NCBI GenBank assembly: GCA_964187785.1
Contig: OZ076414.1
Span: forward strand, 65,596,001-65,660,000
Source of the DNA: Amphiscolops sp. MND2022
Taxonomy: Eukaryota
Direction: 5' to 3'
DNA: 64,000 nt
The notes beneath the pieces were generated by a model. It did not search any database. It saw only the letters and a list, made by a program, of their open reading frames with translations, and was not told the DNA's origin. Position numbers and translations under genes: made by a program. This document shows, piece by piece, positions 50,500 through 64,000 of the stretch. Position 1 is the first letter of the stretch. Every line of letters begins with the position of its first letter.

Positions 50500-52950
50500 C
50501 CTTACCTTCAAAACTAGATATTTTTTTCCTGCTAGACGGTGGTGCCTCCACCGTGTTCTAAGTTTGCCCACTTTTACAAAAATAGCTGATCACGTTCTCA
50601 AATGTTCAAAATCTACTCTTGATAATAATGAATGAAAAACCCTAACAGTTGCCAATAAAGCTGCAGTTCCCATATTATTCAACAAGATTCTAACCCCCCA
50701 TACCTCCATTCATGGAAGTACTCGCAAGCTTTTAGTTCCTTTTGTAGCTGCAAATATCAAATTTGAAATACATGGAACTCCTTTCTCTCAAAAATATGTA
50801 AAAACTCTCAATATCGAACGAGAGTTTCTTACATTTAATAGACCTCAATAATCACACGTTAATACTCTTCTTTTCCCCGCATATAAAGAAGCCATGTTTT
50901 TCTTACATCTATACAATTAAAGTAAAAAAAATTTACCCCAAACCTAACGCTTCTCAAGTTATTCAGTTTCCGATTCAACCTACTCTTCCTTAAACTTTCA
51001 AAACCTCTGAAAATTAAACCATATTTCCTTCAACTCCTACGCCATGTTCCAACAGTCGTTTTAACTTTACTTTTAACTTCCTCCAAATTCATCAAAATAC
51101 TAAACCTGAACCCAATAGTTGCTCTGTCGTTATTCAATATGTTACCCACAACCCAGTTTTTCTTTCACCAGGATATATTGGCTACATTGAAATTCCTTCT
51201 ACTAATAATGAACACCCACACTGAAACGTTAATGATGATAACTCTTTAATACACACGATAATTCATTCATATTACTCAGATCATCTCTCAGAACCAAATT
51301 CTCTTGTTGGTCGCTCTCTCTAAGACAAACTAAGATTGAAATCAATATTCAACAACCTTGTCAGCTTTTAAATCGTTTTCTTCTTTTTTCACCTACTCCC
51401 CAGATACTCAACAACTTTTGAAGAAAGTTAATTTTGAGTACTCTGACATTACCGATGATGAATATTTAATTTAAACTCTGCACTATTTTAGTCATTTATC
51501 AACAGTGCTATACCACTCATCGTAATGATGTTGGAAAAATAACAACCGCTTTTAGAATTTGCCTCAAACCAAATGCTGAACTGTAAACTCTAAGACTATA
51601 TCGACTACAGAGATAAACTCAAAAAGCTACACGAAGAATTGGAAACTCACAAAATTTTTCGACAAATTGGTTCCACGTCCACAGATAAATCTTTATACGG
51701 TACAACGTTTTTGAATCCACTCAATATTATCCCCGAAAGAGATGCAATTAAAGTCGTCCTTCACGCTAGACACTGAAACTCTAAATCTGATTATTTTTTG
51801 GCCTATTGAACCTTCAGCTCTTCAACTCGCACGCGCTAAGACGAAATATAAATCTGCAATTGACCTCATTTATGCTTAATCACATGCCTTTGGATAAAGA
51901 AACAACCTCTCTTACCAGTTTCTCATCTGGAGATAAACTTTACACCGTTCTTCGAGGTATTTACGTTCTTAAAGGCATACCAATTTTTTCACCAAGCAAA
52001 TTTACTCATTTTTTCTAAAAACTCATTGACCAAGGCTTTGCAATTGTCTATATTGACAATATCCTCTTCCTTGCTTACACCAAAACTCGTATGTTATATT
52101 TAATTGAACAATTACATCTAATATTTTTGAATCAATGAACTTCTATTCTAAATGTTAAAACAAACTCCAAATTTCACTGAAACTTTTCTATACCTTTCTT
52201 CATGATGATATTTCTTTTGAACGGACAGAATTAGGCGAACTCTTCGATGAAATGAAAACGTCTCTTTTCAAAGACGCTGAACTTGCATTTCCTATTGCCA
52301 CCCATACTTTCAATACTACTGTTGACGCATCTATCATTGGTCCAGGTGCAAAACTATTTCTTTTTAATTGCAACTCAACACCGATAATAAAATGCAAGTT
52401 GTATCTTGTAACTCCCGTATTTTTAGAATTCAACAAAAAAAAACTTTCTACTTCTGAGCGAGAACTCTGTGCTATAACTTTCGCTCTCTCCCAATATGAC
52501 TTTAATACCCTGGCTCTAAATTCCCATTCACTGTCTTCACAGACTATAATCCTATTCTCTTTTCCTTCTCCAGGAACAGAAACCTCACACAAGGACAATA
52601 TGGAGCTCAATTGCTATTAACATACTTCTCAACCCTCCAGGTTAGTTATACAGCTGGTTCTAATTTTATTGTTGCTGTTTTGCTTAATCGAGATTTTTCA
52701 CAAATTACAAATAAAATGAGTCAGTTACAACACAGAACACTCCCTCCACACATCGAAGGTATGCAACTCAAACCCGAAACCACGTTAAAACAAATTCATT
52801 ATTTAGTCAAACTTTAAAATGTATTATTGCCAACACCAAATAAATGATTCACACCCAATTTTAATTGATTACGGTGATGCTCAATTCACTCTTCGTATTC
52901 AAGATAAAGGTAATACTGTTACATACCCTCATCTTACCATACATCCTCCC
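50500..52950 (+). pseudogene. pol: Protease, dUTPase-like linker, RT and RNase H of element C
   Basis: FLLDGGAS; YHSS.DVGKI.T.FRI.LKPNAEL; HMPLDKETTSLTSFSSGDKLYTVLRGIYVLKG; YIDNIL; HTFNTTVDASIIG; LPPHIEGMQLKPETTLKQIHYLVK. Confidence 0.85.
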
Positions 52951-54779
52951 TCCTACTTACCAAAATCTTCCTCAACTGACCGTCCACATTATTGAATGAT
53001 AATTTACATGATACATATTACTCTACAGACTCTGATTTTGAAAAGCTCCAAAACCCTAATTATCATTCTAACTCTTTTCCTCAACTTTATCCACGTGTTG
53101 CTGACTCTTCAAATTTTTCTTTTGAGTCCTCATCAAACTCAAATTTTACCTACCCACATTCGAGCACCTCTTGTTCCATATAATTTACGTCCTCTTTCAC
53201 CGAAAGGTTACCCTAACTCAAAACCCACTATTAACTTCCCACCCTAACCTTATATTCAACCCTTAATTACATTACCTACCAGACCTCCACTGATTTGTCT
53301 TTTGTCTAAACACATAATTATGTCTGACACTTGACATCCACAATCTAATCAGCTGTTTCCAGAACTACCTGCTGCTCGTTTGTTCATAATCTTTGTCTGA
53401 ACAGTCGGGTAAACACTAAGGCTAATAAATTTTCAGTTTTGTGCAAAAATACTACAACATATTATCACTACTATTCTCTCTTAAAAATCATAAAGTACTA
53501 ATCACCTACATATCAATAAACACCTAATATTTATTATCAAAATCTCTTTTGTTTCCATCCTGGATCCTCCTGTTCCTGTATCCTCCAATTCTACAGACTC
53601 CAGATCTTCTGTTTCTTCCTCCGTTTAAACTGATACTATTAACTCCTCTCAAACTTCTTCTTTTATCTTACATCGCACTCTTTTAAACCCAATTTCCATC
53701 ACCCTTTTTCAAAAACTACTCCTACTAATACTCTAAACTCTCTTCTAACTCCTAAAACCACTCCTATTAAACTTCAACCTCATAATTCTTTAACACTTCC
53801 TCTTTCTGATACAGAATTCCCTTCAACTCCTTTTGATATCACACCAACTTTCTCTCCTTCGCCTTCGCATCCTCCTATTCCTGATTCTAGTGATATTGAC
53901 CAAACACGCTTGAAAATTATTGAAGAACCTCAACCTCGTAAATCAAAGTTCCTGCTTCTATTAAGTGACCCCGTAGACACTCTCAGGTTGGTCCTTCACT
54001 CACCTTGTACACACTCTCAACCTGTCACTTCTCTTGCACTTCCAAAACCTTCAACAATCCTTGATCACGAATCTCTTGACACACTCAGTGAAAAATATAT
54101 TTTGAGTGACCTTAATTCCACTACAATTTTTCTGAGAAATCCACAGCTTCCTCCTTCAAACTCAGCTTCTAAACTTACCACTACCTCTGTAAATAACCTT
54201 TAAAAAACTTCTTGTGGATCTAGTATTCGCAGACCTCCACGGCATAGGTATAATATTAGACATACTCGTAATCCTACACCTCTTGCAAGTACTAACTCCT
54301 TTTTGTTAAGACATCACGCTCCATCTCTTTCATCTGACAGTCTTCACTCATACGAAAATATTCAAATCTCTTTTCTCAACCCGTTTCTCAAAATTCCAGT
54401 GTTCTTCCTTCGGATTAACATCTCCTAAATATTGACCTTTCCACTGATCAATACTTTTCTCCATCTACACGTAATCGTGTTGAGTATCTCTGGTTGTCAA
54501 TAACACTCTTGTCTCCAGTCCTCGTCAAGATCCGCGCTTTTTATACCTTGCCACTCATAAATTTAACTCTAATACTCAAATTTCCGACGAACGTCGACGC
54601 AAAAAGTTTCATCGATTAGATAGTACCAATCTTGAACTTAAATTCGAAATCAATATTAAATTTCAAATCTTAAAATTCCCATCCCATTTCCACACACACT
54701 ACTGTCAATTTTAAATCATTACCACATCCTTTCCTTGCCATTAACCTCAGTCTTTTTCTTAGTGATTACCCTCTTTTCC

Positions 54780-56700
54780 GTCTCCTCCACTATCTCAATG
54801 GTACTGATAATCCTCACCTTAATACTTTTGAATATAGTAACTCCTTCACTTTCTTCGATGATTTTCAAAAACAACGCCTCCTCTTGAAATAAGAAGACCT
54901 CTTTTTCTTATAACAAAACTCAACACTATTGAATACCAAAATCTCAACTTGTTTCAATCACAACTCCTAAAGAAAAAGGCGTTTGTTGGGACCGCTATGA
55001 TTTTCATTGAAAAAGGTAGTTGGTGTTTAATTGTTCGAGAAATTGAAATCACTTATGATGAAACTATAATAAACTAATATATCAACGACACACCTTACCT
55101 TGCCTCCATGACGATCGTTTCTGTAGACCCACTTATACAATTCCATTCATCATTGTTTGTTCGCCGAAATACTTTGTCTAAGTTTATCAATTCACTCCTT
55201 CGTAGGACGAATGTCTGAACTCAATAACCGCTATTGACTTGAAAGTGAACACTTCTATCTTAATAATTCTAATATTCCTCCTGAAACTCCCTTTTACCAT
55301 GACTCCAAATCTCAAACCCGACTCTCTCGTTTTTAGGACCTTCCCGAAAGTAAAATATTTTGTAACAAACCCTTAATTTTTCATACCACTCCATTTGCTG
55401 ACCTCTTTATTACGTTTAAAGAGGGATATAATATGCACATTGGTAAACGTACTCCTCTTCAATTATATGAAAATGAACAATATGATAAACTCTTTTTTCA
55501 ACTTATGTCTGGTAAACTCATTCATAATCAAAATAAAATCCTTTTTCCTGTCCTAAACTCCTGCAACAAGTTTGCTCTTATAGATTCTGAAGCTCATATA
55601 AATTTTTAAAAAGATTACTCAATCAATCATGTTTTTAAAACTATGCCAGTTACTGAATTCAACACGGTTCATACAATTTTTGTAGTCGGAAGAACTCAAC
55701 TCTTAACCATCCTCGCAATCTCTGTTAAAAATCCACAACTCGCTGGTTTTCTCTTAACTCAAAACCGCTGTAACTTTTTTATATGTCGAAGCCTCAACTG
55801 CCTCGGTATAAGATTTTCCTCACCACCTCTCTCTTTTATACATAGCTGAACAAAGATTTGACAAAAACCCTGTTAAATATCTTGACAATGTCATGTATGT
55901 TGAATCTGTCACTCGTAAAACTTTTGAAATCGCTAATCAAATACCATGTGAGAACAACCCACGAATTGTTATTGCTCTTGACCCCGATACCGATCAATAC
56001 TATATCCTAACTCCACAACCTAATAAAACAGATCCGCCTCAACTCTTCGAACCTACTCAATTTAAAACCGCTATTATCTCTAACACTTTTATTGCCCATG
56101 ATGCAGGTTTTTAACCTCAAAAAGACCTCGTGGAACCGTTGGAATCGTGTTCTCTTCACTAAACAGTCTGATAATATCCTCCTTGGCAAAGCGATTAGCA
56201 ATGAATTCATGAGTAAACAATCTTCTGAACTTCCTTCAAGTAATCCATATAAATCTCTTCGAATTGGTCTCCATGACTATATTTTTCTAAACTTAACTCA
56301 CCGATGCTTTCATTAAATAAACTCTTTGGTTACCCATGTAATATTTCAACCCAATGTGGAATTTATTTTCCCACTGTTTTTTTGTTTTGTTTTGCTTCCA
56401 ACACACTTCTTAGTTTATACCGCTCCTTTAAAATTGTTTAAAAGCAAATCTCTCTTATTTCTGCTTTGTGTCATTGATTTGGAACTGTAACCAAAACAAT
56501 GATCACTGCTATGATTAAACCTGATCCTAACTCCGACTTCAAACTTTCTGGTACACCTCCTCATTCTAGATCTAATACTAACCCACCTTTAAAACTTTCT
56601 AAAGGCAAAAAATTTAATCCCAATATCCAATCCAAACTTTTAAGCCCTGAATTTACAGATACCATGCAAAGATCTTCATCACAAAATATCCTTCTAATAA
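54780..56700 (+). pseudogene. env: Envelope glycoprotein of element C (N-terminal part deleted)
   Basis: HYLNGTDNP; HTLPCLHDDRFCRPT; RTQLLTILAISVKNPQLAGFLLTQNR; YVESVTRKTFEIANQIPCENNPRIVIALDPDTDQ; WNRVLFTKQSD; FGYPCNISTQCGIYF TM region, all colinear with the A env. Confidence 0.75.
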
Positions 56701-57348
56701 TAACGTTTTCCACCTTAACCTCTTTATACCACTCCTAAATTAACCGATAATAGTTCACCCTCTCTTGCTAATTATAATTTACATAATAACCCTCCTATTA
56801 ATCGTTCACCTCGTCATTCACAATTACTGTTGGCGCCAGTCATCAGCAGGCAAAGAGAGTCGATTTGGAACATGGTGAGTGAGAAACAAGAACTTGAACA
56901 CTTTTCAACTTAGATGAAACTTTAAAGATAAGTAAATCGTCATAAAATTGAAAACCCCCCTCCAAATGGGTTTCCTCAAAAACTCTTAGTCATAGAGCCA
57001 TGAAACTTGGCACACATATGCAGGTTTTCACACGAACATAGTGTAAACATGCTTCAGAACCCACCTATCAACCATGTCGAAAGCATCACATACTTTGTTT
57101 ACATAGATGATATTTTTAATAATTCATTTGAATGTCATTTATTTATACCACAAATTTCTACTGATATTTGCTCTATATTTACTGTAAAATTTTAAACTAG
57201 ATGTATACCATTACTAGATAGGCACAAATTGATTGGAAAGTTGTATTCAAGTCGGGTCTTAGAACCATTTCAATTCTCAATTAACTTCTTTACCTCTTTT
57301 TGACTTTTCGCCAAAAACTTAAGGCGACTAAGGTAGTTACTCTCAACC

Positions 57349-60300
57349 TGTGGAGGGTTGGACGCGTTAAGAGACAAGGAAGAAGTGCAATTCGTGATCA
57401 TTGAATCCTACTAAGTCAAGATAAAGTCCTTTCATTCTAAGAAGTGAGCAGTGTTCGGTAACGATCCGCAGTGCCGAGCACCGAATTCTGGGCGGCGTAA
57501 AGTTTGGTCAAGTGAAGGGATCAAGCAGCCGTTACATTTGGTCCGCCGACCCGGACATCATTAATTGGGCGGACAACTGTATGATCATCTAAATGCTACA
57601 TAGTCAGATTAGCACTGTGCGAACAGTTGAACGTGTACAGTGAACGACGACTGTTGGTGAACTATGCAAAACTGAGTGTGCTGCAAAGTGTCTATTCTGG
57701 GCTCTCCGGGGTAAGTTGTGTACTCTGGCGTTTGGGCTACTTCTGCAGACTCTCGGAGTTAATATTCGAAGTGGGATTACTGGAGCTCTTGGGAATATAG
57801 TGTACACTGGGAGTTTAGGACTACTGTGACTCTGGGAGATTGGGCTATGTGTCTCAGATTAGTATAGTCCCAGATTAGTATATTGTGTCCTGGGAATTTG
57901 GGTTATAGTGACTATGGAAATTGATTTCCATTGCAAAGTGAGAAGATGACAGAACCCAAACGTTTTGATCTCAACAAAATAGAAAACTTTTTGAAGAACT
58001 CAGCAGACAAAACCCAAACATTGAGTTATTGGAATGCGGCTGTCATTCACGGTGAATCGATCAGGGTAATTGACGAAAGCTTGAACGACAACCAAAATGA
58101 CAAGCAAATAGCTGAATTACTGTTACAAAGAAAGGACAGCTCGGAAGCGTGAGCGCCTCAACCAGGCATTTCAAAATGCAATAAAACTCAAGTATCAAAC
58201 TCAGATCCTCGAAGCGTTTGCATACGAGAACAAAGAAACGCAGAGCCGATTTGAGGAGTTGCAGGAACAAAACTCTAGCATTGGAAGATTGGTAATACTG
58301 ATGTCAGCAATGCGCGATGAGAGTGAAATACAAAACTACTTGGATCTTGAAGAGAAGAAACGAAACGTGCTGTTGATGAAAAAACGGTTAGCAACGAAAA
58401 ATTACGAATTGAAGCAACCGCAAACGGTAAAGACACCAACGAAGAAGAATACACAGCAGCATGTCAAGAGTTGCTTCAAAAAAGGTCTGACATCAAAACA
58501 AAAATTGAAGCTCTGCTAAAGTCAGGAGTCGCGGGAGCTAGTTTGCGAAGTCTTGAAGACGCTGAACAAAGACTAGCAGACACTCGTGTAAATTCCACAG
58601 CAGATAAATTCCGCAAAAGCTGCGCCTCACTCCAAAAGGAGTTCCAATTCCAGACCGTAGAAAAGGAACATGAGAATCAGGAGATGCATGACTACCAAGA
58701 GTCTAAATCACTGCCAAAAGAGAGGCTGAGCATACGGGATCGAACCCGAAGCAACAGAACATCAGTTAGTTCAAAGTCAACTACTACAAAGCGAAGAAAC
58801 AAGGAGAAAATGATGAACAATTAGCCGCAAAAAAACGCCAAGCAGAGATCCGAAAGAAACACGAGGAAATGGATAAACTTACAGAAGAACTCGAAATTGC
58901 TAAACTCCAAGAGGAGAGGGCAAGAGCATTACCAATCTCAGAAAAGGAAAGAGAAATAGCTCTCGAACAGGGAGTAGTCGCGCAAGCACAAATTTTCGGA
59001 GTGTTTCTCTAATATCCGTTCAGAGTGATCCCTTTGAGAAAGTCCCGTGGTGGTTAGATCAGATCAACTACGACAGCAAAGCAACGAAGGAGGACAATGG
59101 ATTAGACAGGAATGCGTCGGACAGCAGACCCATTCAACCAAAACCTGACATATTGCCACACAGAACACAGATGATCCACCTGGCTGCTAAAACGGCGCAG
59201 CCGACCATATTGAATGATGGCGTGTCATCCAGTCAATTCGCGTCGAAAGCGGCATCAGCGAAGATGCAAATGAATAAGACAGTTCATCAGCATGTGCAGT
59301 TTGTGAGCTTCGAACCTCCGAACCAACAATTGTTTAGTAACCAGACGAGAAGTGGTACATTGCCACCACCGGTGGCACCCTCAGCTAACTAGTCTGCCCC
59401 CATACAGAGTCAGTTCGCGACAACAAGAACTGAAGCAGTAAGCCTACCAGCAAGTTGGCCAAAACTGAAGCTGGCAGAACTCTCAGGTGACCCATTGGAA
59501 TAGCCTGAGTGGTCAGGGTTGTTCCTTTTGACCGTGCACGCTGCAAACATCAACGCAAGCTTGAAGATGAATCACCTCAGAGCGCTGGTCACTGGGAAAG
59601 CAAAAGAAGTGATAGCTGGACTAGGCTACACTGGAGACAAGTATGACATTGCTTGGAATACCTTAGTCGCACAGTTTGGGAGACCACAAGTGGTAGTTAA
59701 CGAACAACTGAAACGAATATACACCTTCCCACCCGTGAAAACGTACGACTCTATAGCATTGGTGAAATACTCCAGAATAGTTTCACTTTGTGTACAAGTT
59801 CTGACGGAGATGAACTATCTTGGCGACATGCAGTCAGAAGGCGTCCTGAGTAGTGCAACCAGAAACCTGCCACTGACAAAATGGGTGACGTACGTGAGAA
59901 AAAAATGCCAATTACTACATTGGGCGGAAGCGTTCGGCCTATGATTACAAGAGGTAGCAGCGGTGCAGGAAGATGTTCTCATGACAAGCAATCCCAACGC
60001 CGACAAGTCGAAATGGGCAATTAAAAACAAGCCTAAGAACTCTACGTTCTCAACTTTCGCCGACGACAAAACCGACAAGAAGACTGGCCAAGATTGTCTT
60101 TTGAAAGATGGTAAACATCCGTAGTGGAATTGCGAGAAGTTTCTGAAAATGACTGGTCAAGCGCGATATAAGAAATCCAAAGAGTTGAAACTCTGCTTTT
60201 GTTGTTTGGCTGGGAAACATGTAGTGAAAGATTGCACATGCAAAGCGTGAGGAGTCAAAGGTTGTAACAGGCGGTACCATCGACTGCTACATCCCGAGGC

Positions 60301-61913
60301 AAATGGACGGCCAAAAGATTGTGGAATTGAAGACCCACAACGGAAAGCAGAGGCGAACTCTGCATTTTGCTCATTGAAGAGCAGTGGATTTCTACCAGTT
60401 ATACCTGTAATCATCCAAGTTGGAAAAAAGCAAGAATGGACCTTGGCGTTGTGCGACTCTGGAGCAAGCCTCTCGTTCATAGACAAGACATTAGCTAAAA
60501 ACTTAAATGCTCACAGGGAAGCAATTGATCTGAGTGTGGCTGGAATACATGGGACAAAGGATGTGAAATGCAAACAATTCACCTTGGGAATCCGTGGCAA
60601 GACAAAAAGCGATACACACCAAATGACAGTTTACACTCATCCAAACATAGACACCGGAGCAAAGATCTACAACTATCAGGAGCTCAAACTTGCCTATCCC
60701 CATTTTTCGGTTCTAAGCGAAGAAACATTGAAACTCAACGTTGTGAAAATGATTTTGGGACAAAACTGCTACCATATACATCGGCCTGAAGAATATAAAA
60801 GCTGCACGAATGATAAGCCTTGGGCAGTGAAAACGAAACTTGGATGGACACTCTGTGGACCACTTCCACAGCAAGAAGCTGTGCAGATGGCTGCATCTGT
60901 CGTAACAGCTTGTGGAGATGTTGTGATGGCTGAACAGATAAAAATCTGGTGGGACATTGAATCATATGCATCTCGCTGTGATGTCTCCGGAAGGTTCCAG
61001 CACCATGAGAAAGCGTTGCAGATGTTAGAACAAACCACAGAATTTGATGGCGAAAGACACGAAGTTGGCCTTTTCTGGAAACGGAAGGACCCTTTCTTGC
61101 CTAACAATTATTTTCGACATTGAGCCAAATGAAGTCGTTGGAGTATAGACTCGAAAAGACACCGGAGTTGAAGAATTTCTATCAAGACTCTATCAAAGTA
61201 GATGTAGAGAAGGGGTTCATCAGAATCCTAAAACCAGAAGAGTTAGAAGCCACAAAAATTGAAAGACAGTGGTATATTACACATCACCCAGTTGAAAAAC
61301 CAAACAAACCTGACAAAGTGAGGCGAGTCTGCAACGCAGCCTCTAAATTCAGGGGAATTTCACTGAACGATAACCTGTTGACAGGACCGGACTTACTGCA
61401 GACTCTGATTGGAATCATGATTGTAAAGTGTTGCAATTTCTTTGGAGAGACCATTCAAATGAACCCGTTAAGGTGTTTTAGTATAGAAGGCATATCTTCG
61501 GAGCAAAAAGTTCGCCAAATTGCGCTAATCATGCTCTGCAACAAGTTTCAAGAGATAACGCACAGGAGTCCTCACAAATTACAAACCTGATAACGTGAAA
61601 CTTCTATGAGGATGACTTTGTCAAGTATGTTCCCAGCGCCGAGCAGGCTATTGAAATCTACAAATTGTTGCAAGGGGAGGCTTCCAGTTAAGAAAATGGA
61701 TTAGCAACAGACTATGACATCTATCGACCAAGCCGACAAGTCACTGTCCTCCAGTAAAATCTTCGAAGCTGAGCCGAGTTCTCCATCCATCTTGAGACTG
61801 CAATGGAACGTTGACGCAGACAATCTGGAAGTCTGGAGAGGCATGCAGAAAGAGATACCGGTGAAGATAACGCAGAGAGCGGTGTTATCCTATGTTTCAG
61901 CTGTGTTCGACCC
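57349..61913 (+). mobile_element. BEL/Pao LTR retrotransposon, 5' part (LTR, PBS, gag, PR, RT), broken in pol by the second copy
   Basis: LTR ending gccgttaca (57536); gag KLKLAELSGDPLE.PEWS; triple Cys knuckle CLLKDGKHP.WNC..LCFCCLAGKH..GC..HRLLH; ALCDSGASLSFI; VRRVCNAASKFRGISLNDNLLTGPDLLQ; NFYEDD (61605); LQWNVDADNL..VSAVFDP. The LTR start is either 57349 or 57452. Confidence 0.9.
57539..57556 (+). promoter_or_regulatory. PBS of the BEL/Pao element (TGGTCCGCCGACCCGGAC, tRNA-Tyr-like)
   Basis: Lies 2 nt after the LTR-terminal ACA and resembles the TGGTCCTTCGAGCCGG tRNA-Tyr PBS common in BEL/Pao; a duplicate lies in the second copy. Confidence 0.6.
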
Positions 61914-64000
61914 TGTTCGGTAACGATCCGCAGTGCCGAGCACCGAATTCTGGGCGGCGTAAAGTTTGGTCAAGTGAAGGGATCAAGCAGCCGTTACATT
62001 TGGTCCGCCGACCCGGACATCATTAATTGGGCGGACAACTGTATGATCATCTAAATGCTACATAGTCAGATTAGCACTGTGCGAACAGTTGAACGTGTAC
62101 AGTGAACGACGACTGTTGATGAACTATGCAAAACTGAGTGTGCTGCAAAGTGTCTATTCTGGGCTCTCTGGGGGGTAAGTTGTGTACTCTGGCGTTTGGG
62201 CTACTTCTGCAGACTCTCGGAGTTACTATTCGAAGTGGGATTACTGGAGCTCTTGGGAATATATTGTACACTGGGAGTTTAGGACTACTGTGACTCTGGG
62301 AGATTGGGCTATGTGTCTCAGATTAGTATAGTCCCAGATTAGTATATTGTGTCCTGGGAATTTGGGTTATAGTGACTATGGAAATTGATTTCCATTGCAA
62401 AGTGAGAAGATGACAGAACCCAAACGTTTTGATCTCAACAAAATAGAAAACTTTTTGAAGAACTCAGCAGACAAAACCCAAACATTGAGTTATTGGAATG
62501 CGGCTGTCATTCACAGTGAATCGATCAGGGTAATTGACGAAAGCTTGAACGACAACCAAAATGACAAGCAAATAGCTGAATTACTGTTACAAAGAAAGGA
62601 CAGCTCGGAAGCGTGAGCGCCTCAACCAGGCATTTCAAAAGGCAATAAAACTCAAGTATCAAACTCAGATCCTCGAAGCGTTTGCATACGAGAACAAAGA
62701 AACGCAGAGCCGATTTGAGGAGTTGCAGGAACAAAACTCTAGCATTGGAAGATTGGTAATACTGATGTCAGCAATGCGCGATGAGAGTGAAATACAAAAC
62801 TACTTGGATCTTGAAGAGAAGAAACGAAACGTGCTGTTGATGAAAAAACGGTTAGCAACGAAAAATTACGAATTGAAGCAACCGCTAACGGTAAAGACAC
62901 CAACGAAGAAGAATACACAGCAGCATGTCAAGAGTTGCTTCAAAAAAGGTCTGACATCAAAACAAAAATTGAAGCTCTGCTAAAGTCAGGAGTCGCGGGA
63001 GCTAGTTTGCGAAGTCTTGAAGACGCTGAACAAAGACTAGCAGACACTCGTGTAAATTCCACAGCAGATAAATTCCGCAAAAGCTGCGCCTCACTCCAAA
63101 AGGAGTTCCAATTCCAGACCGTAGAAAAGGAACATGAGAATCAGGAGATGCATGACTACCAAGAGTCTAAATCACTGCCAAAAGAGAGGCTGAGCATACG
63201 GGATCGAACCCGAAGCAACAGAACATCAGTTAGTTCAAAGTCAACTACTACAAAGCGAAGAAACAAGGAGAAAATGATGAACAATTAGCCGCAAAAAAAC
63301 GCCAAGCAGAGATCCGAAAGAAACACGAGGAAATGGATAAACTTACAGAAGAACTCGAAATTGCTAAACTCCAAGAGGAGAGGGCAAGAGCATTACCAAT
63401 CTCAGAAAAGGAAAGAGAAATAGCTCTCGAACAGGGAGTAGTCGCGCAAGCACAAATTTTCGGAGTGTTTCTCTAATATCCGTTCAGAGTGATCCCTTTG
63501 AGAAAGTCCCGTGGTGGTTAGATCAGATCAACTACGACAGCAAAGCAACGAAGGAGGACAATGGATTAGACAGGAATGCGTCGGACAGCAGACCCATTCA
63601 ACCAAAACCTGACATATTGCCACACAGAACACAGATGATCCACCTGGCTGCTAAAACGGCGCAGCCGACCATATTGAATGATGGCGTGTCATCCAGTCAA
63701 TTCGCGTCGAAAGCGGCATCAGCGAAGATGCAAATGAATAAGACAGTTCATCAGCATGTGCAGTTTGTGAGCTTCGAACCTCCGAACCAACAATTGTTTA
63801 GTAACCAGACGAGAAGTGGTACATTGCCACCACCGGTGGCACCCTCAGCTAACTAGTCTGCCCCCATACAGAGTCAGTTCGCGACAACAAGAACTGAAGC
63901 AGTAAGCCTACCAGCAAGTTGGCCAAAACTGAAGCTGGCAGAACTCTCAGGTGACCCATTGGAATAGCCTGAGTGGTCAGGGTTGTTCCTTTTGACCGTG
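61914..64000 (+). mobile_element. Second, near-identical copy of the BEL/Pao 5' region (runs off window)
   Basis: tgttcggtaacgatccgcag at 57452 and 61914 (4462-bp offset, 4464 after a 2-bp indel); the same broken ORFs are repeated. Confidence 0.95.

Larger units (their letters stand above)
47670..56800 (+). mobile_element. Element C: plus-strand relative of A (weak LTR, PBS, upstream ORF, gag fragment, PR, RT, RNase H, [integrase deleted], S/T/P-rich tract, env), 3'-truncated
   Basis: PBS-like TGGTACGATCAG ~47916; LLDGGAS (50529); YIDNIL (52049); VDASIIG (52321) and KLSTSERELCAITFALSQYDF; env motifs shared with A. The LTR boundaries are weak. Confidence 0.8.

Noticed and set aside
56900-57340. 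Short AT-rich repeat-like segment (catgaaacttggcacacat) as the 3' LTR of C
   Set aside because: No similarity to the C 5' region or the A LTRs; more likely an unrelated non-autonomous element
1-64000. Alternative genetic code or programmed readthrough explaining the many in-frame stops
   Set aside because: All three stop types and many frameshifts occur at non-equivalent positions between homologous copies, consistent with neutral decay

Overview
Eukaryotic, AT-rich, almost entirely repeat-derived 64 kb window with two 200-N scaffold gaps (2873-3072, 39896-40095). All coordinates and motifs were read by eye, and no searches were run. From left to right it contains: (1) a decayed CRE-clade non-LTR retrotransposon with a 1395-bp internal tandem duplication; (2) three members of a large Ty3/Gypsy-type endogenous-virus-like family (A 2630-15986 minus, B ~18755-22728 minus, C ~47670-56800 plus), which carry an envelope whose motif pattern resembles class III (chuvirus G / herpes gB-like) fusion glycoproteins, plus unexplained accessory ORFs; (3) a short CAP/SCP-like secreted-protein ORF, the best candidate for a host gene; (4) a Tc1/IS630-like transposase relic; (5) a plus-strand Ty3/Gypsy whose pol end overlaps tail-to-tail with a ~3.5 kb decayed antisense ORF of unknown function, the whole bracketed by LTR-like direct repeats; (6) a second minus-strand Gypsy and two gag fragments; (7) a BEL/Pao element whose 5' part is repeated in tandem at a 4462-bp period. 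Every TE coding region is broken by stops or frameshifts. The repeat landscape is reminiscent of acoel worm genomes, but that is an unverified inference. The most promising candidates for new biology are the env- and accessory-ORF-bearing retroelement family and the Gypsy antisense cargo gene.
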